Shown here in pieces: positions 20,088 to 29,600 of a stretch of 64,000 nucleotides of DNA. The position numbers and the translations under genes were made by a program. Under the pieces are notes generated by a model. It was given only the letters and a program-made list of their open reading frames with translations, was not told where the DNA came from and searched no databases. The DNA is from a virus (taxonomy: Duplodnaviria > Caudoviricetes), in IMG/VR virus record IMGVR_UViG_3300028833_000141, positions 1-64,000 of that record. The stretch is one strand, 5' to 3'. Position 1 is the stretch's first letter. Each line of letters opens with the position of its first letter.

Positions 20088-20847
20088 TGTTTACACCTGT
20101 CATTTGCGCTAACATATTTTTAAGTTCATCTGATTGATATTTTTCCGGTATTTCGATACCGTATTCGATAGCTTGAATTTTAGAAATCGATCTTAATGAA
20201 TTGATATAGAATTTTAAAGAATTGAAATAGGTAACATGAAATGTTTTAAATTGAATTGCTTGTTCAACAATCATATTCATATCTGCTAAAGAATACTCTT
20301 TACAATATTCATCATCAGCGTGGTATGAAATAGTTTCTGCTGTGCCTGACGCAAGCATAAACGAAATCGAAAGAAGATTAACCTGATCTTCAATTCTTAA
20401 AGAAAAATGATGGCTTTCGCCATCACTTAATACTAAATCAATACCATTAGTAATTGTCTTTTCGCATTTATTGCTCATTTCTTTTATTTTAGATTCTTTA
20501 GCAAAAGCAACAGTAACTTGCTCTTCTTGCGGTATTTCAGGTTCTTCTGGAGTTTGTTGTTCTTGTTCTTCTATATCTATCTGTTCATTATTTTCAATAG
20601 CTTCATATAAGCTGTCGTATTCTTCTTTTGAAATAGATATTATACTTGCCGACAAATATGGAACATCGTTTGAAATAATAGGTTTCATCCAATTATCTCT
20701 ATAATACGAATCATTTATTTGAATATATTCAGCAGTATTTTCATCGGCAACTAAAATGATTTTATGTTTAAGTTGATAGCGTCTAAAGTCATAACTTGTT
20801 GCTACCCCTATAAACACTAAATCTTTGATTATCTTAAAATAATTCAT
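20077..20847 (-). CDS. tail fibre assembly-like protein (DUF4376-like)
   Basis: HFSLRIEDQVNL, YHAD, HVTYFNSLK.YI; typical position after a DGR RT. Confidence 0.65.
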   Translation of the reverse strand: MNYFKIIKDLVFIGVATSYDFRRYQLKHKIILVADENTAEYIQINDSYYRDNWMKPIISNDVPYLSASIISISKEEYDSLYEAIENNEQIDIEEQEQQTPEEPEIPQEEQVTVAFAKESKIKEMSNKCEKTITNGIDLVLSDGESHHFSLRIEDQVNLLSISFMLASGTAETISYHADDEYCKEYSLADMNMIVEQAIQFKTFHVTYFNSLKFYINSLRSISKIQAIEYGIEIPEKYQSDELKNMLAQMTGVNNES

Positions 20848-20849
20848 AA

Positions 20850-22049
20850 TTAAGCCACCTTCCTTTTACATCGTTCTTTAGGATGTGATTTATAATATTC
20901 CCTCGTTAATTTATAACCACCGAATAATTCATTATATAATTTGATCATATTTCTTGCTGCATGGAAACTATGCGCAATTTTAGAATGCGCAAGCCAAGAC
21001 TGCATGGATGTATAAACATCATCATAAGTCATTTTGCCTTCTTTGACTTTGTTTACATATTTTTTCATTTTTCTACGCATACGGATGATTCCACCCTGAT
21101 CGAGTTTCTTAACAACTTTTCCGGTATCAGTTATATAATATTTAACTTTAAGAAACGCAAAACCTTTACTTGCCTTTGTAATGTATGTTTTCTTTTTATT
21201 AAAATGCATACCATACTTAGCTATTTGTTCATGTAATTCTGCCATTATCTTATTCAACACTTGTTTATCATTATGAATAATAATGCCATCATCCATATAA
21301 CGTATATAAAACTTGATTCCTAATTTATCTTTAATATAATGATCGAATTTATTAAGAACTGCTAAAGCCATGATTTGAGAAATCTGACTCCCTAAACATA
21401 TTCCAACATATTCATGGTTATATAATTTCTTTAGTTCAATTTCTCGTTTCTTTTCATCTTTAATTTGATTAATTTCTATCAATTTGTAAGATTCGATTAT
21501 TCCCATAATCAAATTTATAATTCTCGTATCTTCAAATAATTCCGTTAATACTCTATAGCATTGTTTATGAGGTATAGAATCAAAATAACTTTTTACATCA
21601 AACTTTAAAACGAACAGATCATTAGTTCTATATCTGCGTTTGGCTTTTTCAATAAATAGAGCCGTTCTTTGACGAGCAAAATCTACACCTTTACCTTTCG
21701 TACTCGCACCATTATCATATATAAGTTTTCCTTTAAGGGCTGGTAATAAAGCATAATCACAGATAACTCTTTGAATAACTCTATCTTCCATGCATATCGG
21801 TGTAATTTTTCTTTCTTTACCTCGTTCTCTTATAAAAATATACTTTTTATTTTGTATTTCAGGTATTAGACCAGATAAAATTATATCTATAGAATTATCA
21901 ATCTTGAAAATTGGTAGACAACTATAAGATTGAACGCTATATTTGTAATCAACTGATGCATGGCATTTCTTTAAAGATACGAACGCATTTTTATGTTCAA
22001 ATAATTCTTCTAATGTAATTTTACATTTCTGTTTAACTTTGGTTTTCAT
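20850..22049 (-). CDS. DGR reverse transcriptase
   Basis: GICLGSQISQ (DGR-type LGxxxSQ), YIRYMDD, FDVKSYFDSI; no group II intron X/En domains. Confidence 0.95.
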   Translation of the reverse strand: MKTKVKQKCKITLEELFEHKNAFVSLKKCHASVDYKYSVQSYSCLPIFKIDNSIDIILSGLIPEIQNKKYIFIRERGKERKITPICMEDRVIQRVICDYALLPALKGKLIYDNGASTKGKGVDFARQRTALFIEKAKRRYRTNDLFVLKFDVKSYFDSIPHKQCYRVLTELFEDTRIINLIMGIIESYKLIEINQIKDEKKREIELKKLYNHEYVGICLGSQISQIMALAVLNKFDHYIKDKLGIKFYIRYMDDGIIIHNDKQVLNKIMAELHEQIAKYGMHFNKKKTYITKASKGFAFLKVKYYITDTGKVVKKLDQGGIIRMRRKMKKYVNKVKEGKMTYDDVYTSMQSWLAHSKIAHSFHAARNMIKLYNELFGGYKLTREYYKSHPKERCKRKVA

Positions 22050-22425
22050 GGTAATCTCGACTAATTATGATTAAAGTAAACCTCTCTATCCGTTGTGGCA
22101 TCTATATTTGTATGTTTGTTAGATGCTCTTGCCTAAACGCAGAATTTGCCGAAAAATAAACAATAAAAAATACTGTCATAGGCAGCATTAAATACCGATT
22201 TATATTTCATAACATACAAGACAAATTCCCTTGTTATACCTTTAGGTTTCACAACCGCCTCAAATTAGAGTGGCGTTGAAAAATTATTCTTTTTCAAGTA
22301 TATTTGTCAACTTTAATTGAAAGGTTATGATTTCCTTCAATCGGTAGATTGCTTTGATTCTCCACAAATAACAATATATTGTGGCGTGCAATCATTCGCC
22401 TATAAAGACTACTTAATTACCGCTC

Positions 22426-22561
22426 GAATCCGACCACGACACCATTGGTGTTGTTCGCGTTGTTGTTGTTGTTCGGATTGCCGTTATTGTTGACATTCAT
22501 AAAGTTCGTAGAGTTGGAGGCATTCGGTGAACGCTCCCACCAATTGTTCGCACGAACCCAA
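22426..22561 (-). repeat. DGR template repeat (TR)
   Basis: Minus strand reads WVRANNWWERSPNASNSTNFMNVNNNGNPNNNNNANNTNGVVVGF, rich in AAY codons. Confidence 0.96.
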
Positions 22562-22627
22562 TACAAGGCAAAGCAACTCACACAGCGAGCATTTTCATGA
22601 TCAAATCATAACCTGCTGATTTATAAT

Positions 22628-23500
22628 TTAAAGTGCAGAGAATCTTTTCTTATCAGATTCTTGCACGGACAATAACATCTTAGTAGTTTGCTTTATGCAT
22701 TTAGATGTTCTTTTCTGATTTTTATTAGAAACATCATTATACATAAAGACTTCGCCAAGAGGCTTATTTAGTTTATACAATAAAGAAATTGCTGCTGAAA
22801 ATAAACCTTTTCGTCTTAAATAATCATCTTTCGTTTCAGGGTTTATATTATTAGCAGTATAAGCATTTGCAAAACACTCAATTGCCAAATCTTTTGCAAT
22901 CGATATTTCACAATCCCTTTCACTTTTAGGCAATTCCTTCCTGATCTTATTTATATATCTTGATAGTAAATATAAATTTAATAAAAATCTTGTTTTCTTG
23001 ATTTTATCGTAATTATATGCAAACATCCTTTTAAATTTGATCTTTGTTGATTTCTTTTCATCGAGAGCTTTAGCTAATCCGTATATTAATGCAGTTTCTT
23101 TATTGATGATTTCAGCTAAATACACGCGACTATGATAGGGTATTGGTTTAAGACTTGTTTCTGTAGAAGAACTTAAATTCCAATAATAATAAAAATATTT
23201 AATCAAATCATCAAATTCTGAGAGAACAGTTTTACATAAATCAAATCTTTTCTTATTTCTTTTCTTTTTAAATTCCGCATTGTTCTTATCATCTGCATCA
23301 TAGACACAATATAAATTATTAAGTTCTAAAATATCTTTATAAATATTATTTGCGATTTTCATAATTGGCTTCGAAATATCATCTTGATATTTCGGAGGAA
23401 TATTCCTCACTTTATTCTTAATTTCTTTATATACTCTATGATGATAATTATGAGAGTATTCAATAGTCGAAACTCTTCTATTATTCTTCAATATACTCAT
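22628..23500 (-). CDS. avd: Avd-like accessory protein, apparently two tandem four-helix domains
   Basis: Between target and TR; basic; MSILKNNR start and SDKKR end typical of Firmicutes Avd; 290 aa, about double the usual size. Confidence 0.75.
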   Translation of the reverse strand: MSILKNNRRVSTIEYSHNYHHRVYKEIKNKVRNIPPKYQDDISKPIMKIANNIYKDILELNNLYCVYDADDKNNAEFKKKRNKKRFDLCKTVLSEFDDLIKYFYYYWNLSSSTETSLKPIPYHSRVYLAEIINKETALIYGLAKALDEKKSTKIKFKRMFAYNYDKIKKTRFLLNLYLLSRYINKIRKELPKSERDCEISIAKDLAIECFANAYTANNINPETKDDYLRRKGLFSAAISLLYKLNKPLGEVFMYNDVSNKNQKRTSKCIKQTTKMLLSVQESDKKRFSAL

Positions 23501-23529
23501 TTTATTTCCTTTATTTTCAACATAATAAA

Positions 23530-23563
23530 TCGCTGACTTTTACCGGACTGTAAAAGCCAGCGA
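23530..23563 (-). other. hairpin downstream of VR (DGR cruciform and/or terminator)
   Basis: TCGCTGGCTTTTAC-AGTCCG-GTAAAAGTCAGCGA on the minus strand, about 40 nt after the target stop. Confidence 0.65.
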
Positions 23564-23602
23564 CTACATTTTTGTTAATAATTCCTCAGATTAAGAGGGA
23601 AA

Positions 23603-26600
23603 TTAGATTGAGAAGCCGACCACGACACCATAGGCGTAGTTCGCGGCGCCGTAGTAGCCGTACGGATAGCCGTAAAAGAGGACATACATAAAGTAAGCAG
23701 AGTAGGAGGCATACGGTGAACGCTCCCACCAAAAGCTCGCACGAACCCAAAGACCACCATCATTAGCAGCAATTAAGTTGCCATCATTCAATCTCCAGAA
23801 TCCCATACGAGTATGTTTAGCTTTTGTTTCTGCGCTAACATAAATATACCCTATACTTGAATTACCAGTATTAATCCAAATATCACCTTCTTTAACAGAA
23901 CTACCTGTATATGCGGTAGGATCGGTATTCCCCGTATAGTATTCAGCATCTTCTGGAATAATAAACCCTGGAATCTTAACCCTTGATTTATCAGATGTGA
24001 AGAACGAAATAGCAGTACCTTCATCCGAATATGGCTGACTTGTCCAACCGCCAAGCTCTCTGTTCGCAGGAAGATATAACCTATCCTCAGAAGTAACAAT
24101 CTCAGAAGATTGATTACCTGCTGATGCGTTAATCTTAACTGTTTTAATGATCGATTGCAGCCAATACGGAAGTCCATTCCAAACAAAGGTATTGAGGAAT
24201 GTTCTCATTTCTGATTCATCCCAACCGCCAACATTTGTTGCAGTAGGATTCATTCTATGAAGCAAAGCTAAAGGATTATTTGCTATCCACGAACTGTTGG
24301 TTTTTGTACTGGTTTGTCCGGCTAATCTATAACGATCAGCACCAGCAAATTCCATACGCTGTTTCTGATGTGGGAAAGACGCAAGTTTGCGTGCGATTGT
24401 GTCTCCCAAATCATCGAACCAAACTTTGCACCAATGTATCCAGCCTTTGCCATAATAATCATGACCGCCATCACTGAATCTAACAGCACCTAATGCGAGT
24501 TTCATACTTCCGCTCGTATCTCTTGTTCTGATAAGCTCCGTAACAGTTATTGCATCATTATATGTATCAGCATTTAAGTTGAATGTATAAACAAAGAGAT
24601 GTGATGAACCTTTGGCATGTCTTAATACAACAATACCTCTCGTATCTGCATTTCCAACATTTACTGAGCGATCTCCCCATTGTATAGTAGGGTTGCTGCT
24701 ATATCTAAGTCTGAATCCCTCATTACCGCTCTCATCGAAACAAGAGACTAATGTTGCACCACTCTCATTTGTGTTCAAGAATTCAAAATCGATAGCCATA
24801 GTAAATGATGGCGAATCTTCATCAAATAAAGTAAAGTTGGTATCAAGATATTGAGTACCATCAAAATATCTATCTGTGACAATAGTGTTTTCCTGAACAT
24901 TATTAAATGTGAAATCAGACCCCATTGTAAATTCAAAGAAGTCTTTATCTTCAAAATAGCTACTTGCCATACCGGACTGGCATACTCCATACAGTTCTGC
25001 TGGACTCATATCACTTGCTTCTGTGCCAGCGATAGGACGTTCTTTTCTATCCCATACAGCGTATACATCAGTATCGCCTGTGATAAATCCTGTGCTCTTA
25101 TCCCACTGTAAGAATACATTATAGATATATGAACTCTCTTCATCCGTTCTTGTAGGAATATCGCCTGAGTAATCAACGCATTCACCATATTCTGCGGTCT
25201 GTGTTTCCAATGGCAGACCTGCTCTTGAATACCATGTTACCGTGTACTCTCTGACTGTTGTGCTATAGACCGCCTTAATAGATGTGGCTGCAAGAATCGC
25301 AGAATCTAAAGTATCCCATCCAGAGAAAGTATAATCATATTGTGCATCACTTTCATGTACAGGTGTAGAAATCCATCCTTCTGTAACCGGATTAGGTGGA
25401 TATGAACCTCTATCCACATACCATGTGAATAAAATAGTAGTTTCATCATCATTATAATAGGTTACAAGATACTGAGTAACAAGATTTCGTGGGTCATAAG
25501 TTACATCGAGATCAGCCCAATAATGAGTATAATTAAGAAGTTCCTGATTCCTTATCGCACCGCTGATATAAACATCACCACTCAGCAAAGAACTATTCAT
25601 AGCGATACATTTATTAAGTAAAACTGTATCTGGCAATGTCCAATCTATGCCGAGAATACGGATTGTTTGAAGTGTGTTTACTGCTGTCTGTAAGATCGAT
25701 AAGGCATCAATATTTGAATATTCGCATATAAAAGTTTCCAGATTTGCGTAGCTTGCTACTACTAAATCTGTAAGATAATTAATATTTCTAAAAGAAAGAG
25801 TTGAAATAGTTTCAGGCAAATGCGCTTTCTGCAATTTACCATTTGTTGCGAAAGATACGGCAGATATAGAAGTTCCTTCCGCATAGAAATTGAGTAAGTT
25901 AGCACAAGCTGTAAGGTTAACTGATCCCGTAAGGTTAGGGCAGTTTCTTACATCGAGCGTTTCAAGAAGAGTATTATTACCCATATTCAATGTAGTAAGG
26001 AATGAGTTTTCGTATCCTTCCGTAGTATTACCAATAACCAAAGTTCTTAATTTAGAAGCCTTTGAAAAATCATTATCATGTATATAACAAGCAGATAAAT
26101 CGTTAAGTGCTTGTATCCTGGATGCACAGTAAATAAGAATTGCCGTATCATCCATTTCTGTGAGAGTTGTTGTTATTTCGTATTCCTGTCCGGCTTTCGC
26201 TCTAATTTGTTGTGGGTTAGAAGAGTTTCCGTAACGGACAGTTAAATACATATCGGAATAAGGAACAATTCTAAGAGTATAATCAGGCTCAACAACTACA
26301 CCGGATTGTGGAGTATTACATCTGAACATAATCTGATCAGCGGTAATGTTTGTTCCGATATATTTTGTTCCAATATAAGCCTCTTGATCTCTCTCGAATT
26401 GCCTTCTTTGGTATTTCTTTCTACCATTCATCATTTCATTGAGGAATCTGATAGTGCCACCTTGATATGTTCTGAGATATTTTCTCTCAATATCAAGCCG
26501 CCATAATTCCTCTGGGAATTGTGATTGCCATGCATCAAATTCATTGATAAGAGAAGTTGCGCTCCAACAATTCAAACTTTCTCTACTTCTGTACATGGCT

Positions 26601-29600
26601 TCAAGTTGACTTCCCATGAGGTTACGGATTCTGCGCCAAAATACATTTTCAGCAGCATTATAGATAAAGCCGGAAGATGGATTTCCTTCTTGCTTATAAT
26701 CTATATCTTCATGTCCGTAAGTCATTGTAAGCTCACCTGAGTTATTACATTCTGTTACTTTTATGACCTATTAAAAAAATAGGCGAGAGAGGTTCTTCCA
26801 AAAGTGTCTTTACACTTGACCTCTCTTCTCGTGTTTCATTATTAAAAGGATTATTTCACGAGTTCAGACTATTGCATCATCCTAAGATGTTCCTTCGCTT
26901 AGTCGTTGTTCCTCCATATATAAGCAATAAAAAACTCATGCTTTGCACGAGATTAAAGATGAATATATGGTTGGAAGGCGTTGTCCGTCCTTTCGGAGTT
27001 TCGCCGTATATCAGAAGGAATTTTTTATACTTGGCACAAATAATCTATGCCAAGTGCCGTGTCAAAGTCATAACCCCATAAGTCGAAACGATAACCGTTA
27101 TTTATCGCTGCTTTGGCATTATTGATAGTATAATTACGAGCATCAGAACCCATTTCGGTAGCTTCGGCTTCTGTGATATAAGTTTTACCGTAGTGCCAGA
27201 ATGTATTCTTAGCTCTGTTATCAATCATTGTGTATCTTTCAGTAAACAGATACCAATAAAGCGGTGATTCAGATATAAACCAATCATCAATTTCTGATAC
27301 AAATTCAGCGTCAGTCGAAGTGATAACCCATTCATACATATCGCGCCATACCTGTTTTGACGCTTCTTGCTGTGCTTCGATCTCCGCACTTGAAATTGTC
27401 TCACCGTCTTTTGTTCCCATATCATATCTAAACTCAAACGAATCATCCCATGCTTCATATAGAGATTGGCGTTTCAGATTGTTCTCATTATTCCATTGTT
27501 CAGAAGTAATAGGGTAAACCATAGAAACACCCTCGTTAGGGTCATAAGTGATTTCATCATTTTCGTCAAGATAAACACCAGTCTGAAACCAACTGTTAGG
27601 AAGTGTATTATCTGATACCTCGACAACAAATTCTGCTAAATCTGTCGGATCATTTACACGAGTGTTATCAGTTTTCTTTGAATCTCCAATATTTCCAATT
27701 CCATAGAAATGCCAGCCTGTATCGGCAAATTCTCTATGAGTAGAAACATCAGGATCACTTTCTTTAATAAAGATAACGCAGTTGCAAAATTCCATTGAGT
27801 TTTTAACAAATGGATTTCGCTTCTGTCCTGGCGTTTTATAAGGAATATAATCATTAAATCTCTTTTGGAGAAGGGCATTATTCGCATTCTCAGAACTTGC
27901 GATATTCACCTTGATATTAAACCAATCATTAGGTACGGATGTACGAGTCAATGCGACTTTACCGCTACCATCTGAATATTGTGTCCCATCGCCAAGCGTA
28001 AGTTCTGTAATATATGTTGAGTCAAGCGGAATCTTACTTACGACTTGATGTTCGCCATCAAAGCCGAAGATAATATCAATATTTCTTCCTGCATAACCGT
28101 ATTCATTTGATGTAGTTCCTTCAATTTGTTATCCTATAAGCTTTTTATCTTATAGTTCTAATAGTTACAATTCCTATTAGTTCAGCATATCTTTTCACCC
28201 TCGTTATAGCGTTAGGTTTGCAGTTCGCTAATCTGCTCAAATCACCCTATATGTGATTGTGCTGCGGACTCGTGGGAAGATTATATTCTGCTATGCAGTT
28301 TCACTTCCTATGCGTTGCGTGTGACTATATTGTTACACATAGCCTTCCACTCTGATTTGCATTTCAGCATCCCAGATTTCTTCCGCAGTAAATATATCTA
28401 TATTTCTATAGATAGTGGGTAAGTTTTTCGCCCAGCATGATAACCATTGACGAATCTCCAATTATCTAAAATAGGATCACCATTTTTATGAATACACTCA
28501 ACATTCGTATATTTAACATAGTCCTTTTTATCGTTAGTAAAATGAGGACAATCGATTTTTATAACTTTCAAATCCGGACAAGCATTAGCAACCGATTCCG
28601 GTGTTAATGTATTATTCTCGTCATAGATTTGATTTCTCTCATATCTTGCAATCATTGTTTCTGCGTCTGGCGCATCAGCAATAAAGTTCTTCAAGATATT
28701 TGAATCGGTCAAAGACGAAGAGTATGCTTTCATTCTATAAATGTATACATCACAATCATCTGAGCCGATAGTGATAGGAACAGGCTGATACTGATAAAGT
28801 CTGTGTGCATCACTATAAAGCATTGGACGAGCAGCAACACCATCCTCGTAACTCATAATATATGATGTCGCATCTTCATTTTCCGTATCAAGCGGATTGA
28901 TATTAAACTCATATTCAATAATATCCTCTTCGCTGTAAGGAGTATAAAGATTATCAGTTGACGAGTACAGATACGCTTCGTGAGCGTTCATCTTTAATCC
29001 AACCTTTACATTATCCTCAGTAGGATAACAAGACAGGAATGTGGTCTGATTATCCCTGACATTCATTGTCTTGAATCTAACCTTAAATTCCGCACCGGAT
29101 TGTTTAGGATCATTAGCAAATAAGTTATAGCTAATATACGCCCTTGTTCCAGCCTTTACGCAGAAATATTGATTTCCGTCAGAATCAAGATTGTAACCAC
29201 CGTTATTCCAATCGAAGTTTTCAGATACAGACATTTTGACATTAGCATTATTAGCATCTTGCCAAAGCCTGTTTGCGCTACTATTAGACATTCCAACAGG
29301 GTTAAAATCAAATTCGAGATTTGCTGTGACAGGGGATATATCGTATCCAAGTTCTGCAACATCAACCTTGATGGTTACTGATGTAGCACCGCAAGTAATT
29401 GTCAATTCATGTAAAGCAATTTCTTCTGACTTGAACGCCCATGTATTAGCGTATGAAGATAATCTCAGAGTATTAACAATTTCACCGTCTACTGATAATG
29501 TAACAGATGGGGTAGTAGTTCTTGGATCAAAAACAACATAAGGAATTGTAACGGTATTATACTGTTTCGCTTCAACTTCACCATAATGATCGTATCTGTA

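Larger units (their letters stand above)
20850..23750 (-). mobile_element. diversity-generating retroelement (VR, hairpin, avd, TR, RT)
   Basis: TR/VR pair with about 25 adenine-specific mismatches, DGR-type RT and Avd-like gene. Confidence 0.97.

Noticed and set aside
20850-22049. Group II intron or retron RT
   Set aside because: DGR-type LGxxxSQ motif, no maturase/endonuclease domain, and a clear TR/VR pair nearby
22450-22495. GTT microsatellite or CRISPR-like array
   Set aside because: These are the AAC codons of TR; no CRISPR repeat-spacer array or cas operon was seen in the window
26872-27517. Small + strand ORFs 26872..27081, 26943..27125 and 27320..27517
   Set aside because: Antisense to an intron or fibre exon, with no RBS or recognisable motifs
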